A stretch of 64,000 bases of DNA. Origin: Methanobacteriota archaeon (lineage in GTDB: Archaea; Methanobacteriota; Methanobacteria; Methanobacteriales; Methanobacteriaceae). The stretch lies in the NCBI GenBank assembly GCA_963787255.1, contig CAWBCJ010000029.1, positions 896,001 to 960,000 of the forward strand, read 5' to 3'. A program made the translations under genes and the position numbers. Under the pieces are notes generated by a model. That model was not told the DNA's origin. It made no database searches and was given only the letters and a program-made list of their open reading frames with translations. This document shows positions 31,046-41,689 of this stretch, one piece after another (position 1 is the first letter of the stretch; the number at the start of each line of letters is the position of its first letter).

Positions 31046-32896
31046 ATGAACATAAAAAACATTTCACAAGGTAAAGATAAGGAAAAACTATTTCTTCTAG
31101 GTAATGAAGCTGCAGTTCGAGGCGCGGTTGAATCTGGAGTTTCAGTTGCCGCAACATATCCTGGCACACCTTCATCTGAGATAGGGGATGTTTTATCGAA
31201 GATTGCAAAGGATGCAGACATCTATTTTGAATTTTCAACCAATGAAAAAGTCGCACTTGAAGTTGCAGCGGCTGCAGCAGCTTCCGGATTGCGTTCATTC
31301 ACATTCATGAAACATGTAGGATTAAACGTGGCTGCAGATTCATTCATGAGCGTTGTTTATACTGGAGTAAACGGGGGAATGATTGTACTTTCAGCAGACG
31401 ATCCATCAATGTTTTCATCTCAAAATGAGCAGGATAACCGTCATTATGCAAGATTAGCTAACATCCCAATGATGGAACCCTCAAATCCTCAAGAAGTCAA
31501 GGATTTAATGAAATACGGATATGAACTTTCTGAAGAGTATAAACTCCCAATTTTAATGCGTACAACCACAAGAGTCTCCCATATGAGGGGTATAGTGGAA
31601 TTAGGGCCAGTGAAAACCAATAAAAAGACTGGTTACTTTAAAAAAGACCCTAAAAGATTTGTACCAGTGCCTTCTAGTGCACGGATAATGCACCAAGAAT
31701 TAGTTTCCAAGATTGAAAAAATAGAAGAAGTCATGAATAAATCTCCATACAATCAGATTTTTGATAATCATGGTAAAATAGGAGTTATTACTAGTGGAAG
31801 CGCCTTCAATTATGTGATGGACGTAGTTGATGAAAATAACCTTCCCGTAAACGTATTAAAGGTTACATTATCTTATCCCTTCCCTGAAAAACGTGTTTTA
31901 GAATTTATTGAGGGACTTGAAAGTGTAATTGTAGTAGAAGAAGTAGATCCAGTAATGGAAAGAGATGTTCTCGCCGTTATTGGTATGCATGGACTGAAAA
32001 AGAAGGTTCATGGTAAATTAGACGGGACTTTTCCAATGATTTTTGAATACAGCCCGGATATAATCTTGGAAGGTCTAAATGAAATCATGAAGATTGAAAA
32101 GGACGAAAAAGTTATTAATCAGCCAGATATTCCACTACCCATCCGTCCCCCAACTTTATGTCCTGGATGCCCGCACAGGGCTGCTTATTATGCTGTGAAA
32201 AAGGCAGGTAAGGATCTTGATCTTGACGTGATTTATCCCACTGACATTGGTTGTTACACACTGGGAATTGAATCACCTTATGAAATGGCTGATTACTTGC
32301 TTTCCATGGGCTCAAGCATAGGTACAAGCTGCGGGTTTTCAAAATCAGTCCATCAAAATATTGTAAGCTTTATAGGGGATTCTACATTTTTCCATGCAGG
32401 TATCCCTCCACTTATAAATGCAGTACATAATAAAGATAAATTTGTGCTTGTTATTTTAGATAATCGGACTACTGCAATGACTGGAGGGCAGCCACATCCT
32501 GGATTGCCTTTTGATGGGATGGGGGATTTGGCACCTGAACTTTCAATTGAAAAGATTGTCGATGCAGTTGGTGTGAAGTTTTTAGAAGTAATAAATCCAC
32601 TTAATATCAAAAAATCACAGGTAATATTTGAAAAAGCGCTGCAATATGATGGTGTGGCTGTTGTTATTTCAAAATACCCTTGCGTGCTTATTAAAACTGG
32701 AAAAAGTAAAAAGCAGACAGTAATGGATGTTGATTCAGATAAATGTGATAAATGTTTGGAATGCCTTAAAAATCTCACGTGTCCTGCAATTTATTTGGAA
32801 GATAGTGGGGATGTTCAAATCGACCATGCATACTGTAAAGGATGCACAGTTTGTATACAGATGTGTCCAGAGAAGGCTATTGGAGTTAAAAAGTAA
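31046..32896 (+). CDS. iorA: Indolepyruvate:ferredoxin oxidoreductase alpha subunit
   Basis: LGNEA, YPGTPSSE, MKHVGLNVAAD, CPGCPH, GDSTFFHAG, C-terminal ferredoxin. Confidence 0.96.
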   Translation: MNIKNISQGKDKEKLFLLGNEAAVRGAVESGVSVAATYPGTPSSEIGDVLSKIAKDADIYFEFSTNEKVALEVAAAAAASGLRSFTFMKHVGLNVAADSFMSVVYTGVNGGMIVLSADDPSMFSSQNEQDNRHYARLANIPMMEPSNPQEVKDLMKYGYELSEEYKLPILMRTTTRVSHMRGIVELGPVKTNKKTGYFKKDPKRFVPVPSSARIMHQELVSKIEKIEEVMNKSPYNQIFDNHGKIGVITSGSAFNYVMDVVDENNLPVNVLKVTLSYPFPEKRVLEFIEGLESVIVVEEVDPVMERDVLAVIGMHGLKKKVHGKLDGTFPMIFEYSPDIILEGLNEIMKIEKDEKVINQPDIPLPIRPPTLCPGCPHRAAYYAVKKAGKDLDLDVIYPTDIGCYTLGIESPYEMADYLLSMGSSIGTSCGFSKSVHQNIVSFIGDSTFFHAGIPPLINAVHNKDKFVLVILDNRTTAMTGGQPHPGLPFDGMGDLAPELSIEKIVDAVGVKFLEVINPLNIKKSQVIFEKALQYDGVAVVISKYPCVLIKTGKSKKQTVMDVDSDKCDKCLECLKNLTCPAIYLEDSGDVQIDHAYCKGCTVCIQMCPEKAIGVKK

Positions 32897-32913
32897 TTTA
32901 GGGAGATTACAAA

Positions 32914-33510
32914 ATGAAATCATATAACATTTACATCTGTGGAGTTGGAGGACAGGGAATCATTAAAACCTCTATTGTAATTGGTGAAGCAGCTATGAAA
33001 AGCAATTTAGGAGTTGTAATGAGTGAAATACATGGAATGTCTCAGCGTGGGGGAGTTGTATCCACAGAGCTTAAAATCGGCGATTCTAGAAGCTCTATAA
33101 TTGAAGCAGGCAGTGCAGACATTTTAATTGCATTTGAACCAATGGAAGCATTAAGGGCGGTGCCCAAGGCAAGTAAAGATACATATGTTATAATGAATAC
33201 CTCGCCAATCATGCCTTTTAACATACAAGGCAGTGAAATCCCTTATCCTGAAGTTTCATCTATTATAGAAGAACTTCAATCAAAAGTAAAGCGAGTATTT
33301 GCAATGGATGCCGAAAAAATAGCTAAGAACGCTGGACACGTACTTTCACTTAATATGGTGATGCTTGGAGGTGCAGCAGCTGTTTCTGGATTTCCAATAA
33401 AAAAAGAAGTGATCATAGAATCAATGAAGAAAAATTTACCCGAAAAAAGTATTCATGTTAATATGAAATCATTTGAGGATGGGTTTGAATTTGTTTGCTC
33501 AGATAATTAA
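32914..33510 (+). CDS. iorB: Indolepyruvate:ferredoxin oxidoreductase beta subunit
   Basis: [22 protein letters not shown]. Confidence 0.96.
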   Translation: MKSYNIYICGVGGQGIIKTSIVIGEAAMKSNLGVVMSEIHGMSQRGGVVSTELKIGDSRSSIIEAGSADILIAFEPMEALRAVPKASKDTYVIMNTSPIMPFNIQGSEIPYPEVSSIIEELQSKVKRVFAMDAEKIAKNAGHVLSLNMVMLGGAAAVSGFPIKKEVIIESMKKNLPEKSIHVNMKSFEDGFEFVCSDN

Positions 33511-33815
33511 CTTTAAAATAAAAATTATTTTATTTTTTAAGATTTTTTAGTTAATTCTATGATCAAAACTAATTTTAGACTCTTTGGTTTATTAAAAATG
33601 TTTCAATGGACATATACTATCACGAAAGGACCCATTATGAATTAATATATGTGTATATACTACTTGAATATAATAGAATTACACAAATCCCTTAGAAATA
33701 GTATTGATCAATTTTGAGGGGGGATCATTTCATATCCATTTTTTTTAGGACGTGACCATTATGTTAGTTCAATTTTTTCAACTAAATCAATTAAAGGCAA
33801 AAGGAGGTGAAAAAA

Positions 33816-34229
33816 ATGGATAATAAAATTGTTGCAGTTATAATTGTTGTTTTATTGATTGTTATTGGGGGCGCATATGTTTTAGGAACTCAAAATTCCA
33901 ATATTCCTGTTGTTGTAAATAATACTACTAATGCTACAAAAGATATCAGTAAAGTAACTCACGATCATTCAACTCATAAAAATAATACCAATCAAACTAA
34001 TACAACTGTAAAAATATCTGCCACACAAGCTCAAAAAATTGCTGTTAGTGCTGCTGAAGAATTAGGAGGAGAAAAAGTCAAAGCAGGTGCTCCTGTACTC
34101 TTCAAATGGACTCAAAATAAGCTTCATACATGGGCATGGGATGTACCATTGTTTTATGTGGCTAATGGGACAGATGCAGGCGGATTATATGTAGATGCAA
34201 TGACTGGGGAAGTTATAATGAATGAATAA
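33816..34229 (+). CDS. Membrane-anchored/secreted PepSY-like protein with N/T-rich linker
   Basis: Signal/TM, multiple NxT sequons, ISATQAQKIA...YVDAMTGEVI; GGAGGTGA RBS. Confidence 0.7.
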   Translation: MDNKIVAVIIVVLLIVIGGAYVLGTQNSNIPVVVNNTTNATKDISKVTHDHSTHKNNTNQTNTTVKISATQAQKIAVSAAEELGGEKVKAGAPVLFKWTQNKLHTWAWDVPLFYVANGTDAGGLYVDAMTGEVIMNE

Positions 34230-34283
34230 AAAAAATAACTTTCTTCTTCATTTTTTTATTCATAAAAAAAATGAAATAAAAAT

Positions 34284-34716
34284 TTACAAACTGTAAATCT
34301 CATCTGCCGAAATAAGCTCGGCCCCGCCATCCTGCAAGGCCTTAATTCCGTCATCGATATTTTCAGGATGTAAAAGGACGATAGCCATCTCTTTTTTTGC
34401 TTCTACAAAAGCATAAAGATATGAAAGGTTTATATCATTATCATCCAGAACTCCAAGGATTTTACCCAAGACTTCCAGGTTCATCTTCCATTCTAACAGC
34501 GATTACTTCTCCTATTTTAACGATGAAATTATTATCTTCAAGTAATTTTTTAGTCTTTTCTGGTTCAGGGACAATTAATCTTAAGATCCCGAAATCTGAT
34601 GTATCTGCAATGGAAAGAGCTCTTATACTAACTCCGCATTTCTCCAGAACATCCAATGCTTTCTTCATTCTACCTTTACGATTTTCCAAAAAAATGGACA
34701 GTTGCTTTATTTTCAA
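34284..34716 (-). CDS. Tandem ACT-domain protein; +1 insertion at about 34465-34467
   Basis: [12 protein letters not shown]...[17 protein letters not shown]; removing one G gives [14 protein letters not shown]...YLYAF. Confidence 0.88.
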
Positions 34717-34727
34717 TTTAATTCCCC

Positions 34728-36035
34728 CTAATTATCATCAAATTTCCTTTTATCAATAACCCTTACTGCTTTTCCTTCGCTTCTTGGAAGTGTTTTGGGC
34801 TCAACGAGGTTTACTTTAACCCTTAAACCAATCTCGTTGTGTATGTAATCCTCTATATTTCTTTTTATGCCCACTAATTCTTTTACCTCATCAGAGAAAA
34901 GTTCTGGAGAAGCTTCAACTTGAACTTCCATCACGTCAAGGTGCTGAGGTCGGGTTACAATAATTTGGTAGTGTGGTTCAAGACCTTCAATCTTTAAAAG
35001 AGCTTTTTCAATCTGTGATGGGAAAACAGCGACTCCTCTAATTTTTAACATATCATCTGTTCGCCCAGTGATACGATCCATCTTAATTAAGGTTCTTCCA
35101 CAATTACATTTTTCTTTTCTTAAGGCAGTAATATCTTTGGTACGGAATCGAATAATAGGCATACCGTGTCTGGTTAAAGTGGTTAAAACAAGCTCTCCTT
35201 TTTCACCTTCAGGCTTTGTTTCCAATGTTTTGGAATCAATTATTTCAGGATAGAAATGATCTTCCATAACGTGCAATCCTTCCTGTTCCCTACATTCAAG
35301 CGCAACTCCCGGGCCCATTATCTCGGTTAAGCCATAAATATTATAAGCGGGTGCGTTAAACCTTTTTTCAATTTCCTGGCGCATTTCTTTAGTCCACATT
35401 TCTGCTCCAAAACCAACAGCTTTTAGGTTTAACTCTGCTGTGTCCAAACCTTCTTCTTCTGCAACTTCAGCTAAATAAAGCCCGTAAGATGGCGTAACAA
35501 TAACGATACTTGTATCAAAATCCTTCATTATCTCGATTTGTCGTTTTGTCTGGCCAGTGGAAATTGGAATTACTGTTGCCCCTATATTTTGAGCACCGTA
35601 ATGAACTCCAAAACCGCCTGTAAAAAGACCATAACCGTGTGTATTTTGAATAACATCGTCTTCAGTGGCTCCAAACATGGTTAAACCTCTTGCCATGACC
35701 TCACTCCAGATTTCAATGTCTTTTTTAGTGTATCCTGATACAGTAGGTTTTCCTGTAGTTCCAGAAGAAGTGTGGAGTTCTACAATCTCTTTACGGGGAA
35801 CTGCAAACATTCCAAAAGGATAAGCTTCTCTTAAATCATCCTTCGTGGTTAAAGGGAGCTTTTCTATATCGTTTAGGGTATTAATGTCATCTGGTTTGAT
35901 ATTGTTGTCGTCTAACCGTCTTCTGTAAAATGGAACATTTTCATATGCTCTTTTTACAACTTCCTGTAATCTTTTAAGCTGTAATTCTTCTTTTTTATCT
36001 TCTTCCATGCATTCTGCTTCTTTATTCCAGATCAT
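34728..36035 (-). CDS. paaK: Phenylacetate--CoA ligase family (aryl-acid CoA ligase)
   Basis: [34 protein letters not shown]. Confidence 0.9.
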   Translation of the reverse strand: MIWNKEAECMEEDKKEELQLKRLQEVVKRAYENVPFYRRRLDDNNIKPDDINTLNDIEKLPLTTKDDLREAYPFGMFAVPRKEIVELHTSSGTTGKPTVSGYTKKDIEIWSEVMARGLTMFGATEDDVIQNTHGYGLFTGGFGVHYGAQNIGATVIPISTGQTKRQIEIMKDFDTSIVIVTPSYGLYLAEVAEEEGLDTAELNLKAVGFGAEMWTKEMRQEIEKRFNAPAYNIYGLTEIMGPGVALECREQEGLHVMEDHFYPEIIDSKTLETKPEGEKGELVLTTLTRHGMPIIRFRTKDITALRKEKCNCGRTLIKMDRITGRTDDMLKIRGVAVFPSQIEKALLKIEGLEPHYQIIVTRPQHLDVMEVQVEASPELFSDEVKELVGIKRNIEDYIHNEIGLRVKVNLVEPKTLPRSEGKAVRVIDKRKFDDN

Positions 36036-36504
36036 GTTATCCCCTGAATCCATATATGGAATTATTTAAAATAATGATACTTTGTGTTTAATTATAGAAT
36101 ATATTTCATATTTAATTTAAGAAAAAGGAATTTATAAAATTTGCCATATGATTTTTGCACAAAAAATCTTCTTTCTAGGTATTAATATAGCTAAAGTGAT
36201 GAATATTAATTCGAATTTTCTAAAATGAATGTGGAAATTAAACATAATGGATTAGAAGTTAAATGGTTTGTGCTTAATTTTAACCTATTAATTCATACCA
36301 AATACTGATAATGATTAATAGAATGATTTTTATATAAAATTCAGTTAATAACAATTAATAATGACAGGAAGGTCCCTTTGATTAATACTAATCTTTATAT
36401 TTAATATTCCTAAGAGGCATATTAATTTTTTAAAGGGACTAATGGGATTAAAAAGTTATCTAAGACTTTAAAATTAAGTTAAAAATAATTAGGAGGTAAT
36501 ATTA

Positions 36505-38103
36505 ATGGATTTATTAGCATTAACCATTGTTGTATTAGTTTATCTTATTATGATAGGTTACGTGGGCTACATAGCATGGAAACGTACCAAAAGCGCTGAT
36601 GATTACATGGTAGCAGGGCGTGAAACTCACCCTTACATCATGGCTCTTAGTTATGGTGCCACATTCATCAGTACCGCAGCAATCGTTGGATTTGGAGGAG
36701 TTGCGGCCAATTATGGGATGGGAATTTTATGGCTTGTATTTTTAAACATAATAGTAGGGATATTTATAGCGTTTGTCTTATTTGGAAAACGTACCCGGAA
36801 AATGGGGCATAACCTCAAGGCTCTCACTTTCCCTGAGTTCCTTTCCAGACGTTTTAACAGCAGATTCATCCAGTACTTCTCAGGGGCAGTAATATTTATA
36901 GGTATGCCTTTATACGCTTCAGCAGTGTTAATTGGAATGGCCAGGTTTGTGGAAACCACGCTTCAAATTGATTATAACATTGCACTTATAGTTATGGCCA
37001 TAATAGTGGCAGTTTACGTTATTTTTGGAGGTATAAGGGGTGTAATGTATACTGATGCCCTTCAAGGTACAATCATGTTCTTTGGAATGTTGTTCTTGCT
37101 TATAGCTACTTACTGGCTACTTGGCGGTGTTACAGATGCTAATCAGGCTCTTACAAACCTTGTAAATATCGTTCCTCAAAGTGCAACAGCTAAAGCTACA
37201 GCTACAGGGTTTACGGGCTGGACTTCCATACCCGCATTGGGCAGTCCATTCTGGTGGACACTGGTTTCAAGCCTAATTTTAGGTGTTGGTATTGGTGTTC
37301 TTTCACAGCCACAGCTTGTAGTAAGATTCATGACAGTTAAATCAAACCGTGAGTTAAATAGGGCGGTTATAATTGGTGGAATATTTATATTCATGACTAC
37401 ATTCACAGCTTACGTGGTAGGATCTCTTTCAAATGTATATTTCTTCGATCAAATTGGACAAACAGCAGTTCAAGCAGCAGGAGGAAATCTTGACAAAGTT
37501 ATACCTAATTTCATAGCTGTTGCGATGCCTCTCTGGTTCGCGTACCTATTCATGATTACCTTGCTTTCAGCGGCAATGTCAACCCTTTCAGCACAATTCC
37601 ACGTTCAAGGAACAGCACTTGGACATGATATATACGAAACTTTAACCAAAAGAGTAGGATTATCTTCAGTAATGGTTGCAAGAATAGGTATCGTTGTAGC
37701 AGTTATAATAGCGGTAATACTTGGATTTATCCTGCCCGGAAGTATTGTTGCAGTTGGAACTTCAATGTGGTTTGGTATAACCGCGGCAGCGTTCCTTTCA
37801 ATGTACACGGCTGCGCTCTTTTGGAAAAGAGCAACAAAAGAAGGTGCAATCGCAGGACTTGTATCTGGATCTGTACTTAGCTTATTCTGGCTTGTTTTCG
37901 GTTTTAAGAAATCAGCAGAGGCGCTCGGTATTTGTCAAGCGCTTACAGGTAAAGTAGTTATTATTACAGCAAACCCATGGCCTATTGTAGACCCAATAAT
38001 TATCGCATTGCCTTTAGCAATTATAATGACCATTGTGGTGAGCATAATAACCAAACCCCCAGCTAAGGAACATGTAGATAAGTGCTTTAAAGGAATAAGT
38101 TAA
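36505..38103 (+). CDS. Sodium:solute symporter family protein
   Basis: DYMVAGR, ATFISTAAIVGFGG, TDALQG, QPQLVVRF, SAAMST. Confidence 0.92.
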   Translation: MDLLALTIVVLVYLIMIGYVGYIAWKRTKSADDYMVAGRETHPYIMALSYGATFISTAAIVGFGGVAANYGMGILWLVFLNIIVGIFIAFVLFGKRTRKMGHNLKALTFPEFLSRRFNSRFIQYFSGAVIFIGMPLYASAVLIGMARFVETTLQIDYNIALIVMAIIVAVYVIFGGIRGVMYTDALQGTIMFFGMLFLLIATYWLLGGVTDANQALTNLVNIVPQSATAKATATGFTGWTSIPALGSPFWWTLVSSLILGVGIGVLSQPQLVVRFMTVKSNRELNRAVIIGGIFIFMTTFTAYVVGSLSNVYFFDQIGQTAVQAAGGNLDKVIPNFIAVAMPLWFAYLFMITLLSAAMSTLSAQFHVQGTALGHDIYETLTKRVGLSSVMVARIGIVVAVIIAVILGFILPGSIVAVGTSMWFGITAAAFLSMYTAALFWKRATKEGAIAGLVSGSVLSLFWLVFGFKKSAEALGICQALTGKVVIITANPWPIVDPIIIALPLAIIMTIVVSIITKPPAKEHVDKCFKGIS

Positions 38104-38190
38104 GTGAATTCCTTTTCTATTTTTATTTTTTAAAATTTAATAAAGAAGAATTATATAACTAATTTAAATTACTAAATTCTGGTTTTAGTC

Positions 38191-39057
38191 ATGAGAAGAG
38201 AACTATTTAAGGTTAAAAAAAGCCATTACAATGATTGGAAAGAAGTATTTAAAAATCCAAAACCAATTACTGTTAGGAGCTTTATTACAGGATATGTAAT
38301 GATAAATAAGCGCGGCGCTTTAAATCCAGACCATCTTGAAGCTAGAAATATTGAAGAAGAACTTTTAAAAGTCCCTGTACTTTCTCACTGGATTCATCAT
38401 GATGAATTTGGAGATTATCTTGTAGATGCCGGTTTAGACAGTTCATATACTGAAGATCCTCATGGAAAAATGAAGGGGTTATTTGCAGGATTATTTAAAA
38501 GGTTCAAAATAGCTACAGACGAATATTTTCAGGAGAAAAATCAAAATATTGCATTTCACATTAAAAAGAATTCTATTAAGCTAAATGGACTTTTTCTTTC
38601 ACATTTACATTCAGATCATGTTGCAGGAGTCCGTGAATTACCTAAAGACATTCCTTACGTTGTTGGAAAAGGCGAAAGATATATTGAACATAAACCTTTC
38701 ATTTATGGTGATTATCTAAAAGGAATTGAAGTTCTTTATGAAATAGACTTTTCTAAAGGATCAAATATGCCTATTTTAGGTCCATGTGTAGATATCTTTG
38801 ATGATGGATCATTTTGGGCTATACCCACTCCGGGACATACTAAAGGACACATTTCATTTTTAATTAATTCTAAAAATGGCCCAGTTTTACTTGCAACTGA
38901 TGCATGTTTTATTAATTTAGGATTTGAAAGAGGAATAGGTTCCAGCGACTACACTGAGGATGTTTTAATGACACAGGCATCTTTAAATAATTTAGTTGAG
39001 TTTAAAAGAGTTTATTCCCAGATTAAAGTGATTTGCGGACATGAAATCTCAAATTAA
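38191..39057 (+). CDS. Metallo-beta-lactamase-fold hydrolase, AHL-lactonase-like
   Basis: VDAG, SHLHSDHVAG, TPGHTKGH, ATDA, terminal GHE. Confidence 0.8.
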   Translation: MRRELFKVKKSHYNDWKEVFKNPKPITVRSFITGYVMINKRGALNPDHLEARNIEEELLKVPVLSHWIHHDEFGDYLVDAGLDSSYTEDPHGKMKGLFAGLFKRFKIATDEYFQEKNQNIAFHIKKNSIKLNGLFLSHLHSDHVAGVRELPKDIPYVVGKGERYIEHKPFIYGDYLKGIEVLYEIDFSKGSNMPILGPCVDIFDDGSFWAIPTPGHTKGHISFLINSKNGPVLLATDACFINLGFERGIGSSDYTEDVLMTQASLNNLVEFKRVYSQIKVICGHEISN

Positions 39058-39307
39058 AGGTTTGCTTGAGTATTTCCGCGTTGAAACCAAAGAAAAATAA
39101 TGAACTTTTGGATACTAATTATTTTTTAATGCAAACCATTAATTTTTTGCACTTTTGAATAATATTATTATTTTTTGCAGCTTTTCACTAAATTTTCATA
39201 TAATAATAAAAATACATATTAAGGATAATAGCAAATTAGTAACTAGATGTTCGTTTAATCCATCATTATTTAATGAATCAATGTAAATAATCAGAGGTAA
39301 GTATAAA

Positions 39308-41341
39308 ATGGAATCAAACAGCATATTTTCACTTAAAGAGTCAGAATATCTCCAAATATTTGAAAATATGGAAGAAGAAATCCATGTTCACGATTTAGAA
39401 CGTGATAAAAAGGGTGAAATTGTAGATCTTATTTTTAAATATATAAATCCGGCATCAACGTTAAATTCGATTATTTCAAGGGATAAAATCATTGGTAAAA
39501 AAGCTTCAGAAATATATAAATCTCCTAATTTGATTGAAAGCGATTTAAAGATAGCTAACGAAGTTGTTTCTAATAATGAAAATAGAAAATTTGAAACTTA
39601 CTTCCCGCATATGGATAAATATTATTTAATCTCAGCATTTTCAATAAATGGACTTTATGTAACTCTTGGAATGGATATTACAAATCAAAAAGAAGCAGAA
39701 GAGAAGATTAAGATACATGCAGACATTTTATCTCAGGTTAAAGATGCAGTAATTGCAGTGGATAATGAAAACCGTATAACATACTGGAATAAAGGTGCGG
39801 AAGACCTCTTTGGTTATAAATTAGATGAAATAAAAGATAAAAAATTTGTAAATACTGTAAATTACCGCTGGCTTACTCCAGAAGATAGGAAAAATGCTTA
39901 TAATCAACTTAAAACCATTGGAAAATGGCATGGGGAGAATTTAAGCACTAGAAAGGATAATAAGGAGATATATATAGAATCTTCAATCAATGCTTTTAAA
40001 GATGACAAGGGAAATTACATGGGAACGGTTTCAATAATACATGACGTCACTGAACCTACTAAAATTAAAAAAGCACTTGAAGAAAATTATAGAAGACTTC
40101 AGGAAGCGCAGCGAATAGGAAAAATTGGAAACTGGGAATGGAACATTAAATCTAATATAATAACATTATCAGATGGTTTATACAGAATTTACGGCATTGA
40201 TCCAGGTGAATTTGTAAAATATGAAACCATACTTGACATGGTAATTCCAGAAGACCAGCAGATAGTAAATGATACTCTTGAAAAAGCTCTTAGAGAACAT
40301 AAACCATTTAAATACGATGTTACAATACGCCGTAAGGATGGAAACTTCAGTGAAATTTCATGTAGTGGTGAAGTGGTCACAGACTTTGCTGGACATCCTC
40401 TTAAAATCGTTTGCGTGGAACAGGACATTACGGAACGTAAAGAAATTGAATACGCACTATGGGAAGCGAAAAATAAACTTGAATCAACTGTTGCAAGACG
40501 TACAAGGGAACTAAATCAGACCAACATTCTTCTTGAAAATGAACTTGAGGAAAGAACAATCGCTGAAGATAAGCTTAAAGAAAGTGAAATAGAGCTTAAA
40601 ACAATGGTTGGAGAATTAAAACGTTCCAATGAGGAACTGCAGCAATTTGCCTACATTACAAGCCATGACCTACAGGAACCGCTTAGAACAATTTCGAGCT
40701 TCACACAACTTCTTGAACGTCGTTATAAAGATCAAATGGATTCTAACGCCGATGAATTTATTGAATATATTGTTGATGCAACTCAAAGGATGCAAGATCT
40801 AATTAAAGACCTTCTTGAATATTCAAGGGTTACTACACGGGGAAAGGAATTTAAATTAGTTAACACCGAAGAAATTCTTCAAAATACCATTTCCAATTTA
40901 CATGCTGCTATTGAAGAAAGCGAGGCTGAAGTTTCCTACGAAAAGCTTCCTAAAATAATGGCCGATGAGGGGCAAATGGGCCAATTATTCCAGAATTTAA
41001 TTTCAAACGCTATTAAATTCAAAAAGCCCGATATTTCGCCTAAAATACACATTTCTGCACGTAAGGATGAAGAAAATAACGAATATATTTTCAATGTTTC
41101 TGATAATGGAATTGGAATAGAAAAGCAGTATTTTGACCGGATTTTTACCATATTCCAAAGATTGCACACACGGGAAGAATATGCAGGTACGGGAATAGGA
41201 CTTTCAATTAGTAAAAAAATAGTTGAACGCCACGGAGGGCGAATTTGGGTGGAATCAGAGCCAGGGATTGGTTCTACATTTTACTTTACGATAAATATCT
41301 TACCAAAAATGAGTAAAATTTCTAAAGAAAGTAAAGATTGA
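39308..41341 (+). CDS. Cytoplasmic PAS-domain sensor histidine kinase
   Basis: 3 PAS domains; H-box SHDLQEPLR, N-box QNLISNAIKF, DNGIG, GTGIGL, GSTFYF. Confidence 0.93.
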   Translation: MESNSIFSLKESEYLQIFENMEEEIHVHDLERDKKGEIVDLIFKYINPASTLNSIISRDKIIGKKASEIYKSPNLIESDLKIANEVVSNNENRKFETYFPHMDKYYLISAFSINGLYVTLGMDITNQKEAEEKIKIHADILSQVKDAVIAVDNENRITYWNKGAEDLFGYKLDEIKDKKFVNTVNYRWLTPEDRKNAYNQLKTIGKWHGENLSTRKDNKEIYIESSINAFKDDKGNYMGTVSIIHDVTEPTKIKKALEENYRRLQEAQRIGKIGNWEWNIKSNIITLSDGLYRIYGIDPGEFVKYETILDMVIPEDQQIVNDTLEKALREHKPFKYDVTIRRKDGNFSEISCSGEVVTDFAGHPLKIVCVEQDITERKEIEYALWEAKNKLESTVARRTRELNQTNILLENELEERTIAEDKLKESEIELKTMVGELKRSNEELQQFAYITSHDLQEPLRTISSFTQLLERRYKDQMDSNADEFIEYIVDATQRMQDLIKDLLEYSRVTTRGKEFKLVNTEEILQNTISNLHAAIEESEAEVSYEKLPKIMADEGQMGQLFQNLISNAIKFKKPDISPKIHISARKDEENNEYIFNVSDNGIGIEKQYFDRIFTIFQRLHTREEYAGTGIGLSISKKIVERHGGRIWVESEPGIGSTFYFTINILPKMSKISKESKD

Positions 41342-41457
41342 GTAAGGTCGTTTTCTTAGATTTGATTAGTATATTATTAAAAATGATTGTTATTAGGTTT
41401 TATTTATAAAAAAAAGAAAAAATTGAATAATTTAATGAATATAAATTTAAAATAAGC

Positions 41458-41550
41458 TTATTCTGCATCCATCATTTCGCCGTGCTCGATTTCTATTTGA
41501 CAGCCTTTAGGGCCGCAGCAGAAGTGCTGTAAGTCTAATTGTACTTGCAT
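41458..41550 (-). CDS. 30-aa Cys/His/Met-rich small peptide (not in the ORF track)
   Basis: MQVQLDLQHFCCGPKGCQIEIEHGEMMDAE*; ideal GAGGTGA RBS; GC-richer than its flanks. Confidence 0.75.
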   Translation of the reverse strand: MQVQLDLQHFCCGPKGCQIEIEHGEMMDAE

Positions 41551-41568
41551 TTTTTCACCTCATCATAC

Positions 41569-41617
41569 TATTGTATAACTAGTAATATATACTTAATGGT
41601 TAGTGAAATATACAATA
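41569..41617. promoter_or_regulatory. Inverted repeat in the divergent promoter between the peptide and the ArsR-like regulator
   Basis: TATTGTATA (41569-41577) and TATACAATA (41609-41617) flank a TATA-like TAATATATACTTAA. Confidence 0.4.
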
Positions 41618-41689
41618 CTTCTATATAATAATAACTTTTGAGGTCTTGATGGAAACCTTTATTATGAAAAATCACAATAAATTAACACA

